Program-made: the position numbers and the translations under genes
Source: an uncultured Acidimicrobiaceae bacterium
GTDB lineage: Bacteria > Actinomycetota > Acidimicrobiia > Acidimicrobiales > RAAP-2
NCBI GenBank assembly: GCA_963706555.1
Contig: OY970164.1
Coordinates: 4,966,816-5,030,815 of the forward strand
Direction: 5' to 3'
Length of the DNA stretch: 64,000 nucleotides
Shown here: piece by piece, positions 18,888-27,094 of the stretch
Layout of the letters: every line of letters begins with the position of its first letter
How positions within the stretch are numbered: position 1 is the stretch's first letter
The notes under the pieces: generated by a model
What the model was told of the DNA's origin: nothing
The model's input: only the letters and a program-made list of their open reading frames with translations
Databases searched by the model: none

Positions 18888-19808
18888 CTAAGGCTCCTGC
18901 CGAGGCGGGCGCTGCACGCCGCCGACCTGCATCCATTCGCAGAATGTCTCCCGCGTCACCTTCCACTGTCCGTCCACCAGAATCGCCCGGCCGGGCCGAT
19001 CGGCAAGGGTGATGTTGAGCGAGCCCGTGATGCGGGCCGTATATGACACGACCGCCTCGTGGTCATTGACGAAGCGGACGGCGTCGACCGCAAACACGAC
19101 AGTTACTTGTGGGACTTGACCACCGAATCGTGCGCGCGCGATCTCCGCCGCTTGCTCACGACATTTGCCCAGTCCGGCGCTGCCCTCCACCGATGGGACG
19201 GTGTCGTTCTCCTCGTCGACCTCTCCCATGTCGGCGAAGGCCTCCCCTACGGCAGCTCGTGCTCCGGCCTCATCATTGGGCGGGGGACCGCTCTGTTCCG
19301 CTCTGGGCGCCCCCCTACGGCGACGGGGAGGGCGCTGTTGCGTCGAAGCAGCAGGTTCAGGTGCTTCGTCTCGGCGCAACGCGCGCAGCGAGGCCGCGTG
19401 TTCGGCGGTAATCCCCCGGGCCCGTTGTTCGACCGCCTCGCGAGCGCTCAATCCGGCGCCTATCCAGTCCGCGAACTCGTCGAAGGGGATGCCGGCAGTC
19501 CACCACTCGCGCACGACGTCTCCAACTGTGCGACCGAGCAGCTCCAAGCGTCCGGCCTCGGCGGGGGTGAGCCCGAGTTCGTGCCACATGTAGGCGTCGT
19601 TCGCATCAATGCCTCGCCTCGCCCAAGGCAACGCAGATTCGTCCATCCACTGATGCTGCGCGTAGGAATGGATGATTCTGGGATCAACTCCTGCTTCGTG
19701 GAGTCCACGCATGGAACCAAACGAACCCGGCGCCGGCAGACCCGGCCCGCAAGAGCCGCTGGGTTGCCCCAGCTGCCGGTTGGGCCTGGGCCTGCGCGTA
19801 CGCCTCAT
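18888..19808 (-). CDS. hypothetical protein: Trp-rich repeats + Pro/Arg linker + C-terminal NTF2/SnoaL-like-looking domain
   Basis: 306-aa ORF. The probable start is the ATG at 19712 (MRGLHEAGVDPRII). Repeats such as LPWARRGIDANDAYMW and VREWWTAGIPFDEFADW. C-terminus ..VDAVRFVNDHEAVVSYTARITG..AILVDGQWKVTRETFCEWM. Confidence 0.55.
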   Translation of the reverse strand: MRRTRRPRPNRQLGQPSGSCGPGLPAPGSFGSMRGLHEAGVDPRIIHSYAQHQWMDESALPWARRGIDANDAYMWHELGLTPAEAGRLELLGRTVGDVVREWWTAGIPFDEFADWIGAGLSAREAVEQRARGITAEHAASLRALRRDEAPEPAASTQQRPPRRRRGAPRAEQSGPPPNDEAGARAAVGEAFADMGEVDEENDTVPSVEGSAGLGKCREQAAEIARARFGGQVPQVTVVFAVDAVRFVNDHEAVVSYTARITGSLNITLADRPGRAILVDGQWKVTRETFCEWMQVGGVQRPPRQEP

Positions 19809-20142
19809 CCGGACTGTGGCCTTTCGCCTTCTCGGTTCGAGCGGCCTCGAACCCGTAGCCGAACTCGTGCCAACGCACCGCTTCGTTCGCCTCTATTCCC
19901 ACGGCGCGCCACTCCTGGACGGTGTCAGGGGCAACGCCGCCCGTCGACCACTGAGCAGCGCGCAATCCGTCGTCTATCCCCGCTGCGACCCAGGCTCGAG
20001 CTCGGCTGATCGAGAACCGCCATTGGCGCCAGACGTCGGCGATCTCGGCATTGAAACCCGCGGCCAGCCACTCAGCGAGCTCCTCGGGCTCGCGGTCCTC
20101 TGGTTCCCCCGCATCGATTCGGGTCTGCATCACGCACCCCAC
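19684..20142 (-). CDS. hypothetical Trp-rich repeat protein
   Basis: 152 aa. AEWLAAGFNAEIADVW / ARAWVAAGIDDGLRAAQW / VQEWRAVGIEANEAVRW. It starts 8 nt after the VWA gene stop. Its 3' end overlaps the next ORF in another frame, so the two may be one gene with a frameshift. Confidence 0.5.
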   Translation of the reverse strand: MGCVMQTRIDAGEPEDREPEELAEWLAAGFNAEIADVWRQWRFSISRARAWVAAGIDDGLRAAQWSTGGVAPDTVQEWRAVGIEANEAVRWHEFGYGFEAARTEKAKGHSPDEAYAQAQAQPAAGATQRLLRAGSAGAGFVWFHAWTPRSRS

Positions 20143-20152
20143 CGCGTGCGCC

Positions 20153-21451
20153 TCAGGCCGCGCCCGGCAGGTTGATCGAGACGGTCCTTGCCCACTCTGG
20201 GACGCGGCCCGAGGAGTCCATCAAACCCACGATCACCCGAATGCCCCGGGGTGGTTCGGTTGGCCAAGGAGTGTGCCCGTCCGTGAGTACGACGATCAGA
20301 TCCGGCCTTGGACGCAGCTCAGCGGCCTTGGCCAATCCTGCCCCCATGTCCGCTCCCCCGCCGCCGAGGAGTTCGACATCACGAGCACGCATGACTTTCT
20401 GTGCTTCGAACGCCTTGGCGTCACAACACACGATCTTGAGATGACGTCGCCCGACGCCCAGGCTCAACAACACACCCTGGACCTCCGCCAGAGACTGGGC
20501 CAACAGATGGTCATCCATGCTTCCCGAAGTATCGAGGACCATGGCGATCTTGGGCAGGGGTTGACGGAGGCTGGGCAGAATCACATCGCCGGCCACGGAG
20601 GAACGGCGAGAGGGTTTGCGATAGCTGAAATCGACGCGCCCCGCGACGTCGGCGACTCCTCGACGAATTGCCGAAGCAAAGAGTCGTTGCCAACTGACCG
20701 TGGGCTCTAGAATCTCCGAGGCCCAGCGCCTCCAGCCAGCAGGCGTCGTTCCGTAGTGGCGCTGATGTTCCTCGATTCGCCGGGCCACGTCGCGCTCGAG
20801 CAGCTTCTGCCCCGTCGGACCCAGACCCGGTTGCCCGCTATCCCACGGGCGCGGCAGGCCATCACAGCCGCTGCCGCAGTCATGGGCCCGATCACCGGAT
20901 TCGGGGGCGCGATGTGCTGCTTCCGCGCTACCGCCGAGGGCGTCCCAATACTGTTCGGCAGTCCAGGAGTCGGGCAACCCGAGCGACGTCGGCGTGACCG
21001 CACCTTGAGGCCGGGCCGTGCCTCCGGCAACGAGGTCGTCGTTGATCTCCGCGTCGGCCGCCACGTTCCCCCGCTGTTCATCTCTGCTCTGGACGAACGT
21101 CTTAGGAACGACGCCGATCGGTTTCTGCGCCGGCGATCGCTCGGCATGGTGCCGCAGAAGATGGCTCACCTGGTGGACCAACCAGAAACCGATAGTCGGC
21201 ACGGACAGGTCGATCAAAACGTCGGGATCCAAATAGACGTGCCACTGTTGATCGACCGGCAGTGCCCCGAGATCGAGGAGGCGGGATTCGGGGTCGCCGG
21301 ACTGATCGACCACCACCGGATCTAAGGCGAGGAGGGCGTTCGCCATGTACGGAGCTTGGTGGGCGGCCCAGACCCGCGCCGCAGCCCAGGCGCGCCGCTG
21401 TTCTGTGCCGAGAGACTCAAGCGGACGGAGTATCACCTTGACCAGTTCCAC
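20153..21451 (-). CDS. VWA-domain protein with an N-terminal metallopeptidase-like domain (DUF2201_N + VWA-like architecture)
   Basis: 432 aa. WLVHQVSHLLRHH and AADAEINDDL in the N-terminal half. MIDAS IAMVLDTSGSMDD and ..GGGGADMGAGL..IVVLTDGHTPWP in the C-terminal half. Overlaps the ATPase stop by 35 nt. Confidence 0.75.
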   Translation of the reverse strand: MELVKVILRPLESLGTEQRRAWAAARVWAAHQAPYMANALLALDPVVVDQSGDPESRLLDLGALPVDQQWHVYLDPDVLIDLSVPTIGFWLVHQVSHLLRHHAERSPAQKPIGVVPKTFVQSRDEQRGNVAADAEINDDLVAGGTARPQGAVTPTSLGLPDSWTAEQYWDALGGSAEAAHRAPESGDRAHDCGSGCDGLPRPWDSGQPGLGPTGQKLLERDVARRIEEHQRHYGTTPAGWRRWASEILEPTVSWQRLFASAIRRGVADVAGRVDFSYRKPSRRSSVAGDVILPSLRQPLPKIAMVLDTSGSMDDHLLAQSLAEVQGVLLSLGVGRRHLKIVCCDAKAFEAQKVMRARDVELLGGGGADMGAGLAKAAELRPRPDLIVVLTDGHTPWPTEPPRGIRVIVGLMDSSGRVPEWARTVSINLPGAA

Positions 21452-22556
21452 CCATCAGACCGGCCGAGCGAAGCACCGGAGCAATCTGCAAGAGACCACT
21501 CGGCAACTCTGCACCCGGCGGACGCGCTCCCGCCAGAGTCCGTGCGGCCAGCGCGGCGACATCGGGAGCACGATCGGCGACCCGGGCGACTACCCGCCAT
21601 GCCGCCGTCCATGATGCGTCGTCTCCGTGTGCGACCGCGACAGCGGCCACCGCGGTCAGGACGGCGAAGGCTCGATCGCTACGTTCGGGCAGTTCGAAGC
21701 CGTCGGGGTCCGCCAACACCTCGTCGGGATTGGGGAGATCCATATTGGCGAGCCAGGACAAGAACTCGATACCCGCTCCGTCGCCGACCGTGCCGAGCAC
21801 CAGAAGCGTCCGGGCTTCATCCGACGCACCCACAGCGTCACAGGCCGCCAGCAGGCGGGCCACCGACTCCCAGCTCCTTGGACTCGGCCACGCTCTCCCC
21901 GCCTGATCCGCCACGCTCGAGACGGCCAGCACGACCGCTGGTCGTACCTCGAGGAATGCGCCCACGGTGGCCCGGGCGCTGAGTGATTGGGCATCGGTGG
22001 GTGCATGATCGCTAAAGCGAGGTGGGGTCGGGAAACCCAAAGCAATTCCCTGTGAGACCGACTTCGCATCAACCGGCCAGTCGAGGTGAACAAGGCGATT
22101 GGCCAGCGGGGCCGAAAGTTGCCACCCGTCCGCGGCCTCTTCGGGCGGATTGGCAGCAGCCACCACGCGGACGGACTCAGGCAGAGCGAGATCACCCACC
22201 ACTCGTTCCAGCACGACCCGGAGCATCGCCGCCTGCACCGCCGGTGGTGCTGTCGTCAACTCGTCGAGGAAGAGCAGACCGTGACCGGCAGCCGAGAGCC
22301 GCCTGGCCCACAGCGGTGGTGCCATCTGCACTGCTCCATCGATGACAACGGGGAGCCCGGCAAAGTCGGCCGGTTCACGGATCGATCCAATGACCACTTC
22401 CGTCGGCCATCCGAGGCTTTCCCCGAGAGCACGTACGACTGAGGTCTTGCCAGTTCCGGGGCTCCCCCATAGGAGAACGGGGACACCGGCCTGCACTGAG
22501 ATCGACAGAGCCTCACTCACCGATTCGATGTTGATGGCCACTACCTCCTCTCCCAT
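21417..22556 (-). CDS. MoxR-like AAA+ ATPase (AAA_5 type)
   Basis: Walker A LLWGSPGTGKTS and Walker B GLLFLDELT, then VRVVAAANPPEE..APLANRLVHLDW. The ORF is open to 22613; the likely start is the ATG at 22556 (MGEEVVAINIESV). Confidence 0.85.
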   Translation of the reverse strand: MGEEVVAINIESVSEALSISVQAGVPVLLWGSPGTGKTSVVRALGESLGWPTEVVIGSIREPADFAGLPVVIDGAVQMAPPLWARRLSAAGHGLLFLDELTTAPPAVQAAMLRVVLERVVGDLALPESVRVVAAANPPEEAADGWQLSAPLANRLVHLDWPVDAKSVSQGIALGFPTPPRFSDHAPTDAQSLSARATVGAFLEVRPAVVLAVSSVADQAGRAWPSPRSWESVARLLAACDAVGASDEARTLLVLGTVGDGAGIEFLSWLANMDLPNPDEVLADPDGFELPERSDRAFAVLTAVAAVAVAHGDDASWTAAWRVVARVADRAPDVAALAARTLAGARPPGAELPSGLLQIAPVLRSAGLMGGTGQGDTPSA

Positions 22557-22772
22557 TGTCTCAGATCCGAACGCTCCGCCAATCCGGCCTCCAGCCGGTC
22601 GAAAGCGCCGCACCGACGTCCCGGACCGTCCTTGGGGGTGGATTGGGCGAGTGCCACAAGCCGATCTTCTTGCGGCGAGGACACCCAGATCGGATCGATC
22701 CTAGGAGACCGGCTTAGGCCGGTGCCGATAACCGGGTATTCCCCGGACCGGCCAACCCCAAGGAGGTGCGTC

Positions 22773-23387
22773 ATGACGGCGCTTCTCATCGGATACGCCC
22801 GAGTGTCCACTGATCAGCAGGACCTGACATCCCAACGCGACGGTCTCGCCGCTCTTGGGGTAGCGGCAAACCGGATCTATGTTGATCAGGGATTGACGGG
22901 AACTAACCGCGAACGTCCTGGCCTCCGTGAGGCTCTGGCGGCTTGCCGTGAGGGCGACACCCTGGTGGTGACCAAACTCGATCGGTTGGCCCGCTCCCTC
23001 CCCGACGCGCGGGCGATCGCCGACGAACTCACAATCCGACAGGTGAGTCTCAACCTGGGCGGTTCCGTCTACAACCCCAATGACCCCATTGGACGCCTCC
23101 TCTTCAATGTCCTGGCCATGGTGGCTGAGTTCGAATCAGATCTCATCCGGTTGCGAACCCGAGAAGGGATGAAGGTGGCCAAAGCGAAGGGCCATCTCCG
23201 AGGCAAGCAACCCAAACTCAATCATCGTCAAGAAGCGCATCTGGTTTCGTTATTGGAGACCGGCGAGTACACAACGGCCGATCTGGCTGATCGGTTCGGC
23301 GTGGCCCGTTCCACGGTCTATCGGGCCGTCGAGAGAGAGCGGATCCTGCACGAGGCAACGGTGAGCACACCTCCGCCAGGGATCTGA
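22773..23387 (+). CDS. serine recombinase (resolvase/invertase family) with a C-terminal HTH
   Basis: RBS aggagg at 22761-22766. MTALLIGYARVSTDQQDLTSQ..LVVTKLDRLARSL..MVAEFESDLIRLRTREGM..ADRFGVARSTVYRAV. Confidence 0.9.
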   Translation: MTALLIGYARVSTDQQDLTSQRDGLAALGVAANRIYVDQGLTGTNRERPGLREALAACREGDTLVVTKLDRLARSLPDARAIADELTIRQVSLNLGGSVYNPNDPIGRLLFNVLAMVAEFESDLIRLRTREGMKVAKAKGHLRGKQPKLNHRQEAHLVSLLETGEYTTADLADRFGVARSTVYRAVERERILHEATVSTPPPGI

Positions 23388-23406
23388 GGCCTCACCTCGG
23401 TGCGGT

Positions 23407-23439
23407 GGTGTCCCATAGGGCCGACCTCTGTGGGATACC
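23407..23439. terminator. hairpin between the convergent recombinase and FtsX genes
   Basis: ggtgtcccata pairs with tgtgggatacc: an 11-bp stem including two G-U pairs, with an 11-nt loop. Confidence 0.3.
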
Positions 23440-23597
23440 GCCGCGCCTCTCGGGTATGGAGTTGGACGAACTCATAAGTCGTTCGGCTTAGGACACGCCC
23501 ACGACTCCAGAACCGTCCCCCCTCATCCGTGGCGCGATCAATGGGAAAGAAACCCTACGTGTTGCTCAAGGGGAACAGTGCCATACGCCGCGCTCGT

Positions 23598-25832
23598 TCA
23601 GTCGTTTCGTGCGACTTCGGGCCCGGTCATCCGGTTCAAGAGGGGGAACGTCGAGGCGATGATTGCGAGCGAAGCTGCGAGTCCGCCCACCACGGTCGCC
23701 CAGTACGCGATCCCAGGTATACGGAAAGCAATGTCGACCTGGGAGTGGAGATACAGGGCGGCTGACACTAGGCCGACCACGATCGACACGGCAGCGACAA
23801 GGACGAGTGGAAGGGCACTCTCCAACGCGACGACGCGATGCAGAAGCTTGGTGGGGGCACCGGTGAGCCTGAGGAGGCTGAACGGGCGCCTACGCTCGCC
23901 CAACCCGGCGACGATGTTCACCGCGAGACTGCAGGCGGCGATGATGAGGCTTGCCACGATGATGATGTCTGTCATGTCCTCGATCATCTTAAGAAGGCGC
24001 GCATTCGACGGATCGAGCGATTCGACTCCGAGCGGCTGTCCCTGGAAGGGAAACGCCCGTTCGAGCGTAGTCCTCACTCGTTCGAGCGACCTCGCGGACC
24101 CGTCGGTGGCGACGACTACCGCGTCAACGGGAAGACGCGCGGCCTTCGCCGCCGATAGGTGCGCCGACGGCCAGGCCGTCGTCGAGGCGTGCGAGTTGTG
24201 CCCAAGGATGTTCGAAAGGAAGTAGCCGATACTCGCCACCGTCGCTCCTCGAGCGCACGTCCCGATCGCCGGCGTCTTCTCCAGCTGGGTGCACGCGACA
24301 ACCCCAGCGGGGCCGCCCCAGCTCGCCTGCTGACCGACTTGGTGAACCACCGCTACGCCACGCACGCCCGGCGTGGCGTGGAGATCGGCAAGCACCTGGG
24401 CTGGGACCGAAGGTACCTTGGCGGAAGCGGGACAGTTCGATGTCGAGAAGCTGCAGAACAGTTCGGCGAGGGTGTCTTTTCCGGCGGTTCCTCCTCCAGA
24501 GCTGCTGACGACGCCAATGGAGCTGAGCGCCCCGATCAGGGCGCTCGCAACGAAAAGGGCGATCACGAGCCCACTGATGAACCGGAAGGCCGCTTTGGGA
24601 TTGTCGAGCAGCCTGCGGCCGGCGATGAGCGTGGCGGGGCGACTGGCCCGCTTCGCCATGAGTCGGGAACCAGCGGTCGTGAACCACGGTCCAGCGAGCA
24701 CCAGCCCCACAACAAGGAGTACGAATCCCACGAGCAGTTCGAGAAGCTGGCCACCATTGCTGCCCGGCTTGCCGTGTGCGTCGAAGTAGGCGAGTACCGC
24801 GATGCCAGCGAGGAGCGGGATGATTCGTACGATCCGCGGTGGGCGTGACGACGCTCGCCGGTTTACGCTGAGCGGCGATATCTGGACCCGACGGAGCGCT
24901 ACCAGCGCGGACACGACTGCGGCGATCGGGACGCCGATCAGGACCAGTACGATGTCGATCCAGTGCAGTGAGAGGTCTCCTGGCGCGAAAGGCGCTCCGG
25001 TGAACGGCACGTGGTAGAGCAGCGGCCGGAAGCCGATGAAGAGTGCGAAGCCGACGGCGACGCCCGCCAGCGCCGCGACCACCGCCTCGACTGCGGAGAC
25101 CACAGAAATCTGACGCGGCGTGGCGCCGACGAGCCGCATGGCGGCCAAGCGTTCCTCGCGCCGCGCCGCCGACAGCCGGCTCGCCGTGGCGATCAAGATG
25201 AGCACCGGCAGCAGCAGGAAGACGGCTCCGCCAGCCAGGATCCACTGCAGATCAGGCCCGCTCCCGATTGGGTTCTGGCAGGCGTAGCAGCTGGCCGGCG
25301 TGCGCTGGATGGCTCCCACCTCGAGCGCACCAGGTGCCCGCGAGAGCTGGCTTGCGGAGTGGCCGATGACGATGATCAGCGAGTTCGGGGACGGCAGCGC
25401 CGCTGCGCCGATGGTCCCAATTTGGCGCCCCGGAAACCGGTCACGAAGCTCGTCGGCAGGCACCGACTTCAGAAGCGAGGAAAGCGCCGGTGAGGCGTAA
25501 TACTGACCTGGCCCCGGGAGGTGGGCAATCCCCGGCGGGACCGGAGCGTTCGGTCCGGCGGCGGCAATGTCGACTCGGTCAATCGCCTGGCTGCCGAACT
25601 GATCGACGCTCGACAGCCACCACAGCCGGTCCGTTGTCGACGTCGGTCGTGATGCCTGCGCCGCCGAGTCCAGCCACGCACCACGGTTGGTCTGAGCGTT
25701 CAGACCGTTGCCACCGGCTAGGGCAGCCAGCAGCAGTCCGACGCCGAGGGCAACTGCTGCCCCGGTCACAATGACGCGAACTACGGCCTCTTTGCCTCCG
25801 TTCAAGCTGAGGCGAAGCCCGAGTCGAATCAT
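23598..25832 (-). CDS. ABC transporter permease, FtsX/MacB-like with two FtsX domains
   Basis: 744 aa. N-terminus MIRLGLRLSLNGGKEAVVRVIVTGAAVALGVGLLLAA. There are two blocks of 4 TMS separated by large loops. Its ATG overlaps the stop of the upstream ATPase gene. Confidence 0.85.
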   Translation of the reverse strand: MIRLGLRLSLNGGKEAVVRVIVTGAAVALGVGLLLAALAGGNGLNAQTNRGAWLDSAAQASRPTSTTDRLWWLSSVDQFGSQAIDRVDIAAAGPNAPVPPGIAHLPGPGQYYASPALSSLLKSVPADELRDRFPGRQIGTIGAAALPSPNSLIIVIGHSASQLSRAPGALEVGAIQRTPASCYACQNPIGSGPDLQWILAGGAVFLLLPVLILIATASRLSAARREERLAAMRLVGATPRQISVVSAVEAVVAALAGVAVGFALFIGFRPLLYHVPFTGAPFAPGDLSLHWIDIVLVLIGVPIAAVVSALVALRRVQISPLSVNRRASSRPPRIVRIIPLLAGIAVLAYFDAHGKPGSNGGQLLELLVGFVLLVVGLVLAGPWFTTAGSRLMAKRASRPATLIAGRRLLDNPKAAFRFISGLVIALFVASALIGALSSIGVVSSSGGGTAGKDTLAELFCSFSTSNCPASAKVPSVPAQVLADLHATPGVRGVAVVHQVGQQASWGGPAGVVACTQLEKTPAIGTCARGATVASIGYFLSNILGHNSHASTTAWPSAHLSAAKAARLPVDAVVVATDGSARSLERVRTTLERAFPFQGQPLGVESLDPSNARLLKMIEDMTDIIIVASLIIAACSLAVNIVAGLGERRRPFSLLRLTGAPTKLLHRVVALESALPLVLVAAVSIVVGLVSAALYLHSQVDIAFRIPGIAYWATVVGGLAASLAIIASTFPLLNRMTGPEVARND

Positions 25833-26545
25833 CCGAGCATCTCCTCGGTCGAAGTCACGACACCGTCGCGCAGTATCACCTCGCGGTCCGCGTAGGCGGC
25901 GACGCGCGCCTCATGGGTGACGAGGACGACCGTCGTTCCCTCCTCTCTGGCCACCGAGGTCATGAGCTCCATGACGATCTCTCCGGTCAGCGAATCCAGC
26001 GATCCCGTCGGTTCGTCGGCAAAGAGCACCTCAGGCTGGGCGACCATTCCACGCGCTAGCGCCACACGCTGCGCCTGTCCGCCGGACATCTCTCCGGCAC
26101 GGTGAAGTTCCAAGCCGTCGAGTTGCAGTCGTTCAAACCAGGTCCGAGCGACGCGGAGAGCCTCGTGGCGGCGAGCTCCCCCAAGAAGGAGCGGTAGGGC
26201 GACATTCTCCTCCGCCGTGAGTTCGGGCACCAGTTGGCCGAACTGAAAGACAAAACCGAAACGGTCTCGTCGCATCGCACTCCGTTGCTTCTCGCTCATC
26301 GTGTCGAGGCGCTCGCCGTCGACGTAAATCTCGCCCGAGTCGGGGACGAGGATGCCCGCCAAGCAGTGGAGCATCGTCGACTTGCCCGAGCCGCTCGGCC
26401 CCATCATCGCCAGGACCTCGCCCTTTTTCACCGCAAGATTCGCTCCACGAAGCGCTGGCGTTTCCCCGAACGAGAGGACGAGGTTCCGAGCCTCGAGGAC
26501 CGTACCGCGCGCGAGCATCACTTCAGAATCGGTCGCCGTACTCAC
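25829..26545 (-). CDS. ABC transporter ATP-binding protein (MacB/LolD-like)
   Basis: GPSGSGKSTMLHCLAGIL, LSGGQAQRVALARGM and LFADEPTGSLD. The likely GTG start at 26545 forms a GTGA overlap with the PadR stop; the alternative is an ATG at 26518. Confidence 0.85.
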   Translation of the reverse strand: MSTATDSEVMLARGTVLEARNLVLSFGETPALRGANLAVKKGEVLAMMGPSGSGKSTMLHCLAGILVPDSGEIYVDGERLDTMSEKQRSAMRRDRFGFVFQFGQLVPELTAEENVALPLLLGGARRHEALRVARTWFERLQLDGLELHRAGEMSGGQAQRVALARGMVAQPEVLFADEPTGSLDSLTGEIVMELMTSVAREEGTTVVLVTHEARVAAYADREVILRDGVVTSTEEMLG

Positions 26546-27063
26546 GACACCACCTCGGCCAATGCTGGTAGGCGAGCCGCAGTCATGTCGATCCACCGCA
26601 GATCGGCCTCGAGGTGGAAGAGGCCATGATCGGCCAAAAGTGCGTCGACGAGGTCGCCCTCACGCTTGAGCGCGGTCAGCTCCCGCATCCTGCGCAGATG
26701 GGCCGCCCGTTGGGTGTCGAGGTAGCGCTCGGCGGAACGGCCCAACATGAGGGTGAAGACCACCTTGACGAAGAGATCGGTCTGGAGGCGCGGCGCCGGC
26801 TCGATGGGCTGGCTCAGCCAGGCCTCGAACTCGTGCTTTCCACCCTCGGTTATGGCGTAGAGCTTTCGATCGGGTCCCCCTCCAGCCTCTACCTCTCCTG
26901 GCACGACCTTCCCATCGCGAGTGAGGCGGCCCAAGGTGGCGTAGACCTGGCCAAAATCGAGTGGCTTGCCCCGACCGAAGTAGGCGTCGTAGTCGCGCTT
27001 GAGGTCGTAGCCGTAGCTCGGTTCACGCTCGAGGAGGCCAAGTAGGGCAAGGGGAACGCTCAT
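26542..27063 (-). CDS. PadR-family transcriptional regulator
   Basis: MSVPLALLGLLEREPSYGYDLKRDYDAYF..FGQVYATLGRLTRDGKV..RKLYAITEGGKHEF. Confidence 0.9.
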   Translation of the reverse strand: MSVPLALLGLLEREPSYGYDLKRDYDAYFGRGKPLDFGQVYATLGRLTRDGKVVPGEVEAGGGPDRKLYAITEGGKHEFEAWLSQPIEPAPRLQTDLFVKVVFTLMLGRSAERYLDTQRAAHLRRMRELTALKREGDLVDALLADHGLFHLEADLRWIDMTAARLPALAEVVS

Positions 27064-27073
27064 CCAGCAAGAC

Positions 27074-27094
27074 TAGACTGAGTCTACAGTCTAC
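27074..27094. promoter_or_regulatory. palindrome plus 7-bp direct repeat just upstream of the PadR operon (operator candidate)
   Basis: TAGAC-tga-GTCTA at 27074-27086, overlapping agtctac-agtctac at 27081-27094, about 10-30 nt upstream of the PadR start. Confidence 0.35.

Noticed and set aside
19059-20009. 316-aa plus-strand ORF antisense to the Trp-repeat genes
   Set aside because: It is Arg/Pro/Ser-rich with no recognisable features. The minus-strand frames carry a repeated, structured motif and fit the operon spacing.
24124-25245. 373-aa minus-strand ORF (and the 229-aa plus-strand ORF 24159..24848) inside the FtsX permease gene
   Set aside because: They are alternative-frame or antisense readings of a clearly coding gene. 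The translations are Arg/Pro/Gly-rich with no motifs, the typical high-GC shadow ORF.
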